Of a stretch of 64,000 bases of DNA, positions 1-13,947 are shown piece by piece. The stretch's first letter is position 1. Every line of letters starts with the position of its first letter. The notes beneath the pieces are model-generated. The model was not told where the DNA came from. It ran no database searches and saw only the letters and a program-made list of their open reading frames with translations. The stretch lies in the NCBI RefSeq assembly GCF_009914755.1, contig NC_060929.1, one strand, 5' to 3'. A program made the position numbers and the translations under genes. The stretch comes from the human T2T-CHM13v2.0 reference genome, Homo sapiens.

Positions 1-340
1 ATATGCAAACAAACATGTACAGCTGCTGTGTGTGTGCACCCAGAGGATCACCCAGCACATGCTTAGTAGTATCACCTCTTCCCACCCACTTATGAATAAT
101 CATGTAAGGCTCCCATGAAGGGAGTCTCCCCAGTGCCATTTTTTGGTGTCTCATCCTTATGAGCAACAAACCCTGAATCCTCTCTCAGGGTATACTATCT
201 ATTCTGCACCTAGCTTTCAAAATATTCCTTCTCCTTTGCAATAAATTGCTTTATGCTGTATCTCCTTTGCTGTGTGACTCTTCTTTAAATTCTTTTAAAT
301 TAAGAAGATAAGAACCAAGGTTTCACAACAGCCATCAACA
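1..340 (+). mobile_element. ERV1-class LTR, 3' part (cut by window edge)
   Basis: AATAAA at ~240, then a U5-like tract 'AAATTCTTTTAAATTAAGAAGATAAGAACC' typical of MER4-group LTRs; ends in CA at 340, where L1 sequence begins. Confidence 0.65.
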
Positions 341-3300
341 CTGGCACCAGAAGAAGTAGTAACGTGCTTAAAGACGTCACCAGTCAATGTGCCCTGAAAT
401 TCTGGTCAAGCTGACTGCTAAAAGAGTCTTCCAAATAAAGCCAGATTGTCAAGACTTGATTAGATACCTACATCAATGCACAAAAATTGGCACCTGGATA
501 CAAGGATCAAGACCAATCAGTGAAAGACAATGTCAACAAGTTCATGTGATAAAGTGCCAGTCACTCACCCTAAAGAGATGGACATAGATGAACTGCCTGA
601 CAAGTAATTCAAAGTAGTTGTTTTAGGGATGCTCAGTGGACTTCAAAAGAACAAAAAGAAACAGTAATTTTTCAGAAAAAAATGTAACAAAGAAATATAC
701 CTAATAAAAACAGAAATGCTAGAGCTAAAAATTACAGTGAGCAAAGTGAAAATTACACTAGACAGCATCAATGGCAGAACTGATTAAATGGAGGAAATAA
801 TTTTTAAACTCAGAGACAGGTTGATTGAAAATACACAGTCAGAGGAGAAAACAGAGAAAATAATTTAAAGGAATAAAAAAGCTTATGGGATTTATGCAAA
901 ACATAAAAAGAGCAAATTTATGGATCAATCTGATTAAAGGGGAGTAGAGAAAAGAAATGGGTAGGATATTTATTTAAAGAAATAGTATTAGAAAACTTTT
1001 CAAATATAGATAGATATATAAATATCCAGGTACAGAAAGGGCAAGGGCCTCCAATAAGATTCAATCCAAATAAGACTACCTCATGACATTATAATCAAAA
1101 TATCACAGATCCCAGGCAAAGACAGAATTTTGAAAGAAGCAAAAGAAAAAAAGCAAACATACTAGGGAGTCCCAGTATGCCCAGTAGCAGGCTTCTTAGT
1201 CAAAACTTCACAGTCCAGGAAACAATGGGATAATATACTTAAACTGTTCTTCAGAAATAAAGGAGAGGTAAAGACTTGAATAAACAAAATCTGAAGGAGT
1301 TAATCACCTCTAAACCTGTATTATAAGAAATGCTAAAGGAAATTCTTCAAGACGAAAGAAAAGGATGCTAGTAAGTAACATAACATCTGAAAGTATGTAA
1401 CTTACTGGTGAAAGTACTTAGTCAAATTATGAATATACTAATAATCTCATTGTTGTGTGTAAATCACTTATATCTTTAGCATGAAAACTGAAAGACAAAA
1501 CTTTTAAAAATAATAACTGCAACAATTTGCTGAGAGGTATGTAGCATAAAAAGATATAAATTACGACATGAAAAATGCAGGACTCAGGAAGTGGAGTTAA
1601 AAAGTAGAGCTTACTCTCACTTAAAAAAAGTTGCAATCAGAGTTGTCATTCGTTTGAAATAACCTTTTATAACTAAACTTTTTGCAATCCTCATTGTAAC
1701 CACAAAACCAAAACATGAAATAAATGCACTGAAAATAAAAAGCAAGGAATCAAAACATACTACTAGAGAAAATCACTTAACCATAATGGAAGACAGTAAG
1801 GAAGAAACAAAGAGAGAATCATATGCAAGACAATTAGAAAACCAATAACAAAATTAGAGTAGCAAGTCCTTACCTATCAATAATTTGAATGTAAGTAGAT
1901 TAAATTTTTCAACTAAGACATACGGTGGCTGAATGGATTTAAAAAATAAATAAGCCAGTTATATATACTGCCTAAAAGAGAGTCACTTTACCTGTAAAGA
2001 ACACATGTAAACTGAAAGTAAAGGGATGTAAAAATACATTATTTTCAAATGGAAACTAAATGAGCACAGGAGTAACTATAGTTATATCAGATAAAATAAC
2101 TTTGCCAAAAACTGTATTAAGACTTCAAAAGTCATTATATGATAAAGGTGTCCATTTACAAAAGGATAAAGCAATGTAAATATATAAACACCCAACACCA
2201 AAGCACCTAAAATATTTAAAGCATATGTTAATGGATCTAATGGGAGAGATATATTGCAGTACAATAATAGTAGAAATCTTTGACACCCCACTTTCAGTAA
2301 TAGACAAATCATCCAGACAGAGAAACAGCAAAGCAACATTTGAGTAAAACTGCACAAAATCAACGTAACTTTAGCTAGACTGAGAAAAAATGAGAGAAGA
2401 TCTAAATAAAATCCGAGATAAAGAAGGAGATATTACAGCTGATACCAAAGAAATACAATGATCATAGGAGATTATTATGAACAATTACATGCCAACAATT
2501 TAGAACACATAAAGAAAATGGATAAATATTTGGACACATACAACCCAACAAGGTTGAACTATGAAGAAACAGAAAACTTGAACAGATCTGTAACCAATAA
2601 CCAGAAATAAGATGAAACTGGTAATAAAAAGTCCCCCATAAAACAAAACAAAACAAAAAAGAAAAGCCTAGTACCTGATGGTTTCACTGCTGGATTCTAC
2701 CAAAGATTTATGGAAGAAATAATCCCAATTCTTTACAAACTATTCCAAAAAACTGAAAAGTAGGGAGTTTTTCCAAACTCATTCTATGAGGCCAGCATCT
2801 CCCTGATACCAAAATCAGAAAAGGAAACAACAACAACAGAAATAAAACTACACTCAAATATTCCTGATAATCACAGGAGCAAAAATTCTCAAGAAAATGC
2901 TAGCAAAGTGAATTTAATAACACATTAAAAGGATTATTTCAATCCATGATAAAAGGATTATTTACCAAGTGGGATTTATAACAGGGATGCAAGGATGGTT
3001 CAATATATGTCAATCAGTAAATGTGATACATTACATTAACAGAATGAAGGACAAAAGCCATATAATCATTACAATCGTAGCAGAAATAGCATTTGACAAA
3101 ACTCAAAATTGCTTCACGGCAAAAACTCTCACCAAAGTAGTTACAGAAAAAAATGTATCTCAACACAATAAAGGCCATAGATGACAAACCCACAGCCAAC
3201 ATCATACTGAAGAGGGAACATTTGAAAACTTTTCCTCTAACATCTGGGATAAGAAAAGGATGTCCACTTTCCCCACTTCTAGTCAACTTAATATGGGAAG

Positions 3301-3896
3301 TCCTAGTCAGAATAATTAAGCTAGAAAAAGAAATAAAAGGCATCCAAATTGGTATAGACGTTGTTAAACTGCCATTATGTCTGATGGCATGATATTATAT
3401 ATAGAGAACCCTGAACATTCCACTATAAAGCTGTTGAAACTAATACACAATTTCAGTAATTTTGCAGATTACAAAATTAACATTTGAAACTCATTTCTCT
3501 GTGCTAATAACAAACTATCTGAAAGAGAAATAAACAAAATCATTTACAATAGTTACAAAAAAAGTCAGATACCTAAAAATAAATTTAACAAAAAAGGTAA
3601 AAGGTTTGTATAATTAAAACTGTAAAACATTAATGAAATAAATTGAAAAGACAAAATAAATGAAAAGATATTCCATATTCATTTATTGAATGAATTGATA
3701 TAATTAAAATGGTCCATACCTCCCAAAGCTATCTACAAATTCAATGCAATATCTATCAAAATACCAATGATATTATTCATAGAAATAGAAATAACTATCC
3801 TAAAATCTGTTCAAAATTACCAGACCCTAAATATTCAAAGCAATTTTGAATATAAAGAACAAAGCTGAAGGCATCACACTGTCTGACTTTAAAGTA

Positions 3897-4761
3897 CAGT
3901 AGGTCCTTGAATAACATCATTTCATTTAATGTTATTGCATTATAATGTTAATGAGGAAAAAATCTATATTTCCAGCTGATGCCAGAACTCTACACGGTTT
4001 ATGTAAACTTTACATGTTCTCTTTATGTCTGCATGAGTTTTCTCAAGGTACACTAGTCTCCTCCCATATCCCCAAAATGTGCATGTTAGGTTAATTGGCA
4101 TATCTAAATTGTGCCATTATGAGTAATTATGGGCTTGTGAATACACGCTGTGATGGAATGGTGTCCGGTTCAGGGATGGTTTCTGCCTTGGCCCTGAGCT
4201 TCCAAGACAGGGTTTGGCCACCTGTGACCCTGAATGGGAATAAGCAGGTTAGAAAATGAATAAGTGAATAAATAAAAATTATTGTAAAATAAAATCCGTA
4301 AAGCATACAGTCATCATCCAACTGCATGACAATAAATGATGTGGCATGAAAGGACTCAGTGATCTTGCCATATTTGCTATTATTCGTTTTCAAACTGTGA
4401 TGGGAGGAGGTACTCCTTAGAATTTTCACTTTGCAAACACTTACTCCTTGATTTAATCCATCACCACTATCACTGCCATCACTCACTGACTCACCAAAAA
4501 TTGGGTAAATAATTATTTTACTTATTTTTATTATTCTTTCATAAGTGTACATATAACTCACACTTACTTTAATGTTTAATATTAGAAGTGTTTTCGATCC
4601 TTATTTAGAAGTTTGGTGATGTTTTTGTAATGGGAAATATATTGTAAGAACATAACTGTGTATACCAATTAGCCTATGGTAAATTAGTTTTGTTCTACAT
4701 TGTTTAGCTTGAAGTCACAGTTACCAAGAACCTATCTATAACATTAAGTGAGGACTCACTG
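3897..4761 (+). mobile_element. MER6 (Tc1/mariner-Tigger non-autonomous DNA transposon), full length
   Basis: 865 bp; termini CAGTAGGTCCT...AGGACTCACTG form imperfect TIRs; TA on both sides (3895-96, 4762-63); the host L1 ORF2 reads continuously once the element is removed. Confidence 0.85.
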
Positions 4762-4943
4762 TATCCTACAAAGCTATAGTAACCAAAACAACATAATATC
4801 AACATAAAAACAGACACTTAGATCAGTGAAACAGAATAGAGAGCCCAGAAATAAATCCATGTACTTAGAGCCAATTGATTTTTGACAAAGGTGCCAAAAA
4901 CTCACAACGGGGAAATAACAGTCTCTTCAATAAATAGAGATGT

Positions 4944-5088
4944 GTCTGGGCATGGTGGCTCACACCTGTAATCCCAGTACTTTGGGAGGCAGATATGGGA
5001 GGATTGCTGAGACCAGCCTGGACAACACAAGGAGACCCTGTCTCTATAAAATAATAATAAATAAATAAATAAAAATAAATAAATAAAT
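4944..5088 (+). mobile_element. Alu left monomer (FLAM) lacking most of the B box, with (AATA)n tail
   Basis: GTCTGGGCATGGTGGCTCACACCTGTAATCCCAG...GAGACCCTGTCTCTA followed by an A-rich tail; no right arm. Confidence 0.85.
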
Positions 5089-5154
5089 GGAAACGTGAAA
5101 ACTGGATATTCACATGCAGAAGAATCAAACTGAACTCTTTTTTTTTTTTTTTTT

Positions 5155-5401
5155 AAGATGGAGGAAGGGCATCAAGGAAGACAGGCAGCCTCTCTCAACA
5201 CTGGAAAAATGCAAGGAAACACATTCTCCTCTAGAGCCTCTGGAAGGAACAGAGCCCCACTGACACCTTGAACTTAGCCCAGCGAGACCCATTTTGGACT
5301 TCTGACCTCCAGAACCGTTAAGATAATCAACTTTTGCTGTCATAAGCCACTGAGTTGGTATACTAGTTAATTTGTTGCAACAACAACAGGAAATGAATAC
5401 A
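5155..5401 (+). mobile_element. MLT1 (MLT1B/C/D-like) MaLR LTR, 3' half
   Basis: 'ATTCTCCTCTAGAGCCTCTGGAAGGAAC...GACTTCTGACCTCCAGAAC...GGAAATGAATACA'. Confidence 0.8.
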
Positions 5402-5454
5402 CATACACTGGGTTTCCACTTGGAAAAAATACAGTGCCAAGGAAAGAGCGTTGA

Positions 5455-5771
<317 letters not shown>

Positions 5772-8294
5772 CTAGAGGGATGATTTAAATTTTTTTTTTA
5801 ATTATACTTTAGGTTCTGGGGTACATGTGCAGAACGCGCAACTTTATTACATAGATATACATGTGTCACAGTGGTTTGCAGCACCCATCAAATTGAACTC
5901 GTATCTCTCACCATATACAAAAATTTACTCAAAATAGATTAAGGACTCAAATATAAGACACCAAATTTTGAAACTAATAAAAAAATAGAGAAATGCTTTA
6001 TCACATTAGTTTGGACAAGGAAATTTTGGATATGACATCAAAAGCACAATAAACAAAAGCAAAATTAGACAAATGGGATTACAGTAAACTTAAAAGCTTC
6101 TGCACAGCAAGGGAAGCAATCAACAGAATGAAAAGAACCTACTGAATAAGAGAGAATATTTGCAAATTACAAGTCTGACAAAGGGTTAATATAAAAAATG
6201 TCTAAGAAACTCAGACTACTCAATAAGAAAAAAAAGAAAAAAGAGAAAAAGAAATAACACAATTAAAAATGGGCAAAAGATTTGAACAAACATTTCTCAA
6301 AATGAAATATACAAAAGGCCAACAGGTATATAGAAAAACGTTCAACATCATTAATGGCCAGGGAAATGCAAATTAAAACCACAATGATCATCTCACATCT
6401 GTTAGAATGGCCATTCTCAAAAAGACAAAAGATAAGTACTGGTGAGAATGTGAAGGAAGTGAAATCCTTATATACTATTGGTAGGAATGTAAATTAATAC
6501 ACTCATTATGGAAAACAGCATGAAGATTTCTCAAAAAAAAAAATCAAAAATAGAACCAGCATATGATCCAGCAATCCCACTACTAAATATATATCCTAAG
6601 GAATTGAAATCAGTACATTGAAGACATATCTGTACTTCCATGTTTGTTGCAGTACTATTCAAAATAACAAAGATATAGAATCAATCAAGGTGTCTATTAG
6701 TGAATGAATAGACAAAAAAAATGTGATATATATACAAAATGGAATATTGTTTAGCCCCCAAAATGAACGAAAACCTGCAATTTGTGACAACATGAATGAA
6801 CCTGGAGAATATTGTGTTAAGTGACATAAGCCAGACACAGAAAGACAACTACCATATGATCTCACTCTTATTGGAATCTAATAAAGTTGATTACACAGAA
6901 GTAGAGTAGAAAGGTAGTTGCCAGAGGCTGGGTGGTTAGGGGGAATGCAAACATTGGAAAATGTTAGTTAAAGGATACATAATTACAGTTAGAGAGGAGG
7001 AAAAATTTTCAAGATAGCTGTATTACAGCAAGGAGACTAGAGTTAATGATGATATATTCTTAAAAAGTGTAAAGACAATGAATATAAATTACATGCTTTT
7101 ACCACATAAATGATAACAAGGTAAGGTAATTCATTTAAGAGTAACTTAGATTTAACCATTCCACATTGTATATGTACTTCAACACATCATGTTGTACACA
7201 GTAAAACAATTATATCTGTCAATTTAAGAAAATAAAAGATATTTAAAAAGACAAACAAGAAAAGCATTCATGTAGTGAAAAGGGGGGGGTGTTGAAAGAT
7301 ACATAGCAAAACACTGGTTTGATATTTTGAAGTATTTCACTAAAAATGGAGTTCAATTTATTACTCTTAATAACATCATTTTTGGTGGTCTCCCCCGTAT
7401 TGTTATACACTGATTTGAATAACAAGGGAAGTCCTCCTCTCTGTGAGAAACTTTCCCCTGCCTCACAGCCTCTCAGCAAGAATTATTGTTATTATATATA
7501 TGCCTTTGTGTTACATAAGGGACAAGAAATTTCATTCATTTTTCTACTTACTGGAACAGGGTTTATTGCTGCCTTGACATTGAGAGGCTGAATGTCAGAA
7601 GTTTTTTGTTTTTTTTTTTTCCTAAGAATATGTTCTAATCCAAGTTCAAGGAACAAAGCACTTTTCGCAGAACAAAACATCTAGCTCTTCAGAAAGATTG
7701 AGACACGTTATCTAAGATCTTTCTTCCTTCTCAATTGACAAGACATATTCTTTCCTTAGCCCTCAATTTCTGGGTATGCATTCAATAAGCCTATCAGGCC
7801 TTTTTTTTTTTCCTTTTGTGAGGCACTTGATAGGTCTTTTTAACCTAAAAAAATAATGTCTTCTTTAGTGAGACATTTCCTCTTCACTAGTTTCTTTGCT
7901 ACATTTTTTCTCTTCTCTCATCATAGACATACTCTAGAGAATATAGAGCTTTGTCTATTAACACTCAGTTTATATTTATATTCTACATTGTGAAAAATTT
8001 GTTTCCCTTTATCTTCTAAAATTTGGTTATTTTTATTAAACTCAATTATATTATTTTTAATTTCCATGACTATCTTACTAGATTTCTAGTTGTTCTTATT
8101 TTAACATACATTTATTCTTTCATGGAATATGAAAGATCTTTCATGGAATATTAAACATCTCTATGAGGATATTAATTGATTATTTTAAATTGTCTTCATT
8201 TTACTTGATCTTAATTCTTCCTTAAGGTCTATCTTTCATCAAGTCTTTATTCTAATGACTAGAGAGTTTTGGCTGACTGTTCACTTAAAAAATA

Positions 8295-8445
8295 ATATCT
8301 TTAATTTTTAAAGCAGTTTTAGGTTCACAGCAATATTGCACAAAAAGCACAGAGTTCCCATCTACCCCCGTCTCATGCACGCACAGCCTTCCTCACGATC
8401 AACATCCTGCACCACAATGATATATTTGTTACAATCAATGTGCCC
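8295..8445 (-). mobile_element. L1MC1/2-like 3' end fragment
   Basis: 'AGCAGTTTTAGGTTCACAGCAA...CAGAGTTCCCAT...ATTTGTTACAATCAATG' matches the antisense L1MC 3' terminus. Confidence 0.7.
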
Positions 8446-8859
8446 ATGTTTTAAAGAGTAAAGTTCTAAAATACTGATTAGAAATTCTGTGTGAGTAGTG
8501 TATGTTAACTGATTGGTTTAACAAATAATTAGTTAACAACTGGGTTTTTCATTGGAAACACAAAAATGTTATTTTCCATATGTCTTTTCTACAGTGTAGT
8601 TCAATTTCTTCAGAAATGTGTTCTACCTGGGTTCAAACACAAGAAGTTTTTTTTCATAGCTGTGCTGGAAAAGAAGCCTGGGGATTCTTGGCATTTATTA
8701 GGTAGACTCATGATGCAGCATACACACTGAAGGCAATGAAGTCTAGCATCAGTCTAACCTGGCCAGGTTATGTGGAAATTAGTTGAAACACAATAACTGA
8801 GATTTTGATTCTATTTGTGTTACAATACTTTTATTGCAGTAACTAATGAATCAAACTAC

Positions 8860-9348
8860 GCAGTAGATGAAATAATGGTTACCAAAGATATGAAGTCCTA
8901 ATGACAGAATCTATACATGTTTCCTTATATTAGAAAAAGGATCTTTGCAGATGTGACTAAGTTAAGAATCTTGAGATAGGGAAACTATTCTGGACTATCC
9001 AGGTGGGTCCTAGATACAATCAAAAGTATCTTTGCAAAAGAGAAGCAGAGGAAGATTATATACAAAAGGAAAAAAAAAAGGTAGCCAGGATGGTGGCTCA
9101 CACCTGTAATCCCAGCACTTTGGGAGGCTGAGGCTGGAGGATTGCTGAGACCAGTCTGGGTAACCCAGTGAAGCTCTATCCCTACAAAAAACACAAAAAA
9201 GTAGCTGGTTGTGGTGGTCCATGCCTGTAGTCCCAGTTATTTGGCTGAGGTGGGAGAATCACCTGAGCCCAGGAAGTTGAGGCTACAGTGAGCCATGTTC
9301 ACACCACTGCACTCCAGCCTGGGCAACAGAGTGAGACACTCTGCCCTG

Positions 9349-9379
<31 letters not shown>

Positions 9380-9655
9380 AGAAGAAAAGAAAAAAAAAAG
9401 ATTAAGATTATTGAACAGAGAGGCAGAGATTGGAATGATGTGGCCACAAGCCAAGGAATGCCAGCAGTCAGCAGAAGCTGGAAGAGGCAAAAAATAGATT
9501 GTCCCCTAGAGCTTTTCGAGGAAAACTGCTCCTGTCAACACCTTAATTTCAGCCTAGTGATACTGATTTTTGACTTCTGGCCTTCAGAACTGTGATAAAA
9601 TCAACTGATTATTTTTAAGCCATCAAGTCTGTGGCAATTTGTTACAACAGCCATA
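8860..9655 (+). mobile_element. MLT1C/D-like MaLR solo LTR split by AluJ
   Basis: 'CTTTGCAGATGTGACTAAGTTAAG...ATCCAGGTGGGTCCTA' left of the Alu; 'GGCCACAAGCCAAGGAATGCC...GACTTCTGGCCTTCAGAACTGTGA' right of it. Confidence 0.8.
9083..9399 (+). mobile_element. AluJ with left-arm B-box deletion
   Basis: Dimeric Alu, J-type right arm (GAGCCCAGGAAGTTGAGGCTACAGTGAG), long A tail. Confidence 0.9.
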
Positions 9656-9985
9656 GTTGAATGAAATTTTATTAATTTACCTCAGATTTCTTCATCATAT
9701 TTGACTTGAAACTTCCTTTTCCTCCTATTTCCTTTGTATATGGTAATCACTTGTGTATTCTAATGTAGTATTCTCTGGGTTCTGAATAAGTTTTAATCTG
9801 CTTTAGGAAAAATCTCAAACTAATTTTTCTAATTACCTTTGAGATATTAGACTCTTTTTAAAGAAAAAATTAAGACAGAAGTTTGAATTAAAATAACACT
9901 TTTAATAAGTGCTTATTTTTTAAAGAGATAGTGCAGAAACTGTTCTTCCAGACCTTCCTCTCCTGAGAAGATTCATAATGAAAGA

Positions 9986-10509
9986 TGAGATGCTATTCTT
10001 ATGTGTCAACTTGGCTAGGCTATAGTGCCAGTTATTTAATCAAATGCCAATCTAGGTGTTGCTGTGACAGTATTTTGTAGATTTAGTTAGCAATCGTGTA
10101 TGATCAGTGGACTTTAAATAAAGGAGATTGCCCTTGATAATGTGGGTAGGACTCATCAATCAGTTGGATACAATCAGTTTAGTGTTAAGAGAAAATACTG
10201 CGCTTTCTTAGAGAAGAAAAAAATCTGATTCAATACTGTATCTTAAAATCCTGCCTAAGTATACAGCCTAAAAAACTGCTATACAGATTTCAGACCTGCC
10301 AGCCTCCATAATCACATGAACCAATTTGCTACAATAAACCAATATCTCTCTCCTCTCTCTAACTATAGGTACACATATAAATAGATATGTATGTATATAT
10401 ATTTACATATGTATACATATACATATATACACATATATTTATATATACAGGTAGACATACATGTACATATATAATGGATTCTTTTTCTTTGGAAACTCCT
10501 ACTTGTACA
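9986..10509 (+). mobile_element. MLT2 (ERVL) solo LTR with internal TA/CA-rich tract
   Basis: Starts 'TGAGATGCTATTCTTATGTGTCAACTTGGCTAGGC'; AATAAA at ~10333 followed by the TA-rich stretch usual in MLT2; ends TACA. Confidence 0.8.
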
Positions 10510-10619
10510 AATGGTCTGAAAAGATGTTGACTCAAGCCAAATCCTGGTGATGGTTTGAATCTTTCAATAATAGTATGTACTATGTTTTGAGAATGCTCTC
10601 TAAGTCAAATGTTTGTTAT

Positions 10620-10760
10620 ATTATCTTCATCCACACCAGTAATGTATAATGAAGCCATTATATCCCAAGGTACAAATGAGCAAGCAGAGGTTGAGTGAAG
10701 CTAAGTACAAAATTCAAGAGCCAGGGTTGAGGCTTGACATTAGGACTTTCTCTTCCAGAG
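10620..10760 (-). mobile_element. MIR fragment
   Basis: Degenerate MIR core 'TACAAATGAGCAAGCAGAGG...AGAGCCAGGGTTGA'. Confidence 0.45.
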
Positions 10761-10899
10761 CATGGTCTTCAAACATCAATGGATTATTTGCTTCATATCT
10801 GAAGGGCTCAATTTTTAATAATAAATTTTTATTCATTTTCAAACTATAGGTGAAAAACTGCTTGCCCATTTGTCTTATATACTTGGTTTCTGGTTATAG

Positions 10900-11450
10900 A
10901 AATAATATACGTAAATTTTTGAAATATTACAAAGTATGAAATTTAGTGAAGGAAAAACAACCTAATCATAATTAGACCATTCAGAGATAATCACACTCAA
11001 TATTTTAGTATGCAACTTCTGGAACAATTCAAGGCATACAATAACAATTTTGGAACTTAGCTAATAATAAGCTGAAGTTCTATGCCACTGAGTACGATCT
11101 TTAATGGCTATAGAATATTGAAATCCAGTTCATCTTATTCATCCAATTAATGGGCCAGTATTTATTTACACAGACTCCTACTTCAGATACTTAGTGGAAA
11201 GTAAACACATTTTATTGTAAAGAGCAATGCCTAACATCCTTATAGATTCATCTTTCTGGTAATTTCTGATTATTCCTTTAGGAAAATATCCTGAACTTAA
11301 AATTTCTGGCTCAAAATTTATAAACATTTTAAGCTGATATAGTATTTATTGGTCTCCATAATAATTTTATTAAATTTACTTGCCTTATAGCATAGAGTTG
11401 TTTTAATTCTCACCAATGTTTTGAGATTATTTAGATACTTACATATTGTA
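10900..11450 (-). mobile_element. Very old L1 (L1ME-like) 3' fragment
   Basis: 'TTTAATGGCTATAGAATATT', 'ATTTCTGATTATTCCTTTAGGA', 'AATTTCTGGCTCAAA'. Confidence 0.5.
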
Positions 11451-13209
11451 ATTATGTTTAATAATTCTCAATTCTGACTAACGCTTTGTTAATATTGTGT
11501 AAAGAGAAATATTAACACTTTCCAGAAATTTCTGATTTAAGGAAATAGTAGTATTAAGAATGAGTTTATATTTCTATTTTATGTTCTGTGTAACATATAT
11601 TTAATATGTAAGATTCTTGCTTGTATTGTTCTTTATAGCTGCGAAACAGAAACTGTTATGCTGAAAGTGATGTGACTTATATGAGGGCACATAGATATTA
11701 AAAAGTAAAGAAGGAAGTTTTCTTCCATAAATGAAGTAACAAGGATTGAATTTATGCTCCCCCCTGCTTCTGAAACAACCAAAAGAAGCAGACAAAATAT
11801 ATGAAATAATAGTTTTCAAGATTAAACATCAGGCAAGAACAGTGGTCCCTAGAAATGAAAGCAAATGACGCAACCCCAAAAATTGCTCTGTATTACTTAC
11901 TTGAGAGAGTACACCAACTGTGATGCCAGGAGAGGAGCCAAGTCAGAACACAAAGGAAGTCCTAAAGAATGATTTAAAATTTATAGAATAATCTAAGGAG
12001 ACTAAGGTAACTAGTGTTTAAAGGACAGAGAATTAGAAAAAAAAATAGAGCTGCATATAGAAAAACTGTTGAAGAGCTGGAAAAAAATGTCTTTGAGTAC
12101 CCAGTGGAGTGCATATGCGTGAAGAAACTACCTAAGGCTGAGGAAAAAAAACACCAAAAGGGTTAGAGAAAATTATACCTAATGCTATTTTCCAGCCAGA
12201 GTGGAATAGTCGTAATTCATAATAGATTACTCAGAAGCATCTTACATCAGTTTGGAAGGTAAATGTTGTTGTGATTCCATTAAACACATTAAAAAAGAGA
12301 CCAAAGATTACCAAACTTTTTCCAAATAACAATTATTTACCTTAAGAAAGCTCAAGAATTTTTGTAGAAATAAAAAGATAACCAGGGCCCAGTAAATTAA
12401 AATTAATAATGCTTCACAGTCAATAAAATATTACCAGCTACATAGAGAAGGAAGAAAATATGCCCATTATGAGGTGGAAAATTGATTGTAATGGATTCAG
12501 AATAAACGCAGATGTTAGCATTAGAAAACAAGAACATAAAAACAGTTATTATAACTGCACTACACATATTTAAACATTTACGTAGAGATAGAAAGATAGA
12601 AAAAAAATCCAAACTAAACTTCAAGAAATTAAAAGTACAATGTCTGAGGTGAAACGTATGTTGAATGTAATTAATGGCAGATTTGATATGGCAGAAGAAA
12701 GGAACTTGGACACATAGCCGGATAAACTCTTGAAAATAAAAAGAGGGGAAAAAAGAATTTAAAAAATGAAGAGTGAGTAGTGTGAGTAGTCTAAAAATGT
12801 ATAAAAATGTCTAAAATCTATCCAAACGATAAGAGATAAAGAGAAGCAAGAAAAACTAATAATTGAAGAAATAATGGTTGATATTTGCCCAATTTGCTGA
12901 AAAATATAAACCTACAGATTCAAGAAGGTCAAAGAACTCCAGCACAAGAAGCAAACAGAGTAAACTAAGGTGTATCATAATTGAATTGCTCAAAATTACT
13001 AATAAAGATGTAGTCTTAAAAGTCTCCAGAGAGAAGAAAAATTTTCATACAAGGTAACAAAGATGGTGACAGCAGATTTTTTAAAATCAGAAAACAATGT
13101 AAGCAAAAAAGACTGTGGAGTAAGATCTTCAAAGTACTAAAAGAACAAAAGCAAAAAAGCCTATCAACCTAGCATTCTTTAGAAACTTTAATATTTTTCA
13201 AAATTAAGA

Positions 13210-13897
13210 AAGCCATAGAGAGATATCAGAGAATTAAAAAAAGTGGGCTAATAGCTTTTGTGAACTTAGATGCAAAAATCTTTTAAAAATATATTATTAG
13301 TAAGTCAAATATATCAATGTATAAAAGTAATTTCACAGCTTGGGCAAGTGGAATTTATTCCCAGTGTGCAAGGCTAGTTCAACATTTGGCAATCAATCTA
13401 CAATAGCAACAGGTTAAAAAATGATGGATGATGGTTTTATGGATATATATACTTATCTCCAAACATTTTGAGTTGTATACATTAAACATGTACAGTTTTT
13501 TACATGTCAATCTTACCTTAATAAAGTGGTTCAAAGAAAAATAAAATGATCAATTCATACAATAATATGATCAATTGACATAAGAAGAGCATTTGATAAA
13601 ATCCAACATCATTTATGATACAAAAAATCTCAGCACACTAGGTATAGAGAACTTTCTTAACTAAATAAAAGCATATATAAAACAAAAACTACAGCTAATA
13701 TAATGCTTAAAGACTGAATGCTTTCTCTTAAGATTGGGAAAAAAAGCAAAAGCGTCCTCTGTTTTATTGTTTTTTCAACTAAGTATTGAAAGTTCTAACC
13801 TGTACACTAAGGCAAGAAGAAATAAAATACATCAAGATAGAGATAGAAGATGACATTGTGGATGACATGGTTATCTACATAGACAATCCCAAGGAAT

Positions 13898-13947
<50 letters not shown>

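Noticed and set aside
2969-3392. RT-like ORFs here and at 16593-17684, 21996-22616 and 46743-47586 as functional genes
   Set aside because: Short, frameshifted fragments of dead L1 ORF2; no intact ORF1 or ORF2.
4127-4561. 144-aa minus-strand ORF as a transposase
   Set aside because: Lies within non-autonomous MER6 and has no DDE/D or HTH motif.
8117-8160. ~21-bp tandem duplication (CTTTCATGGAATAT twice), and a similar one at ~2925-2962
   Set aside because: Ordinary slippage duplications with no further structure.
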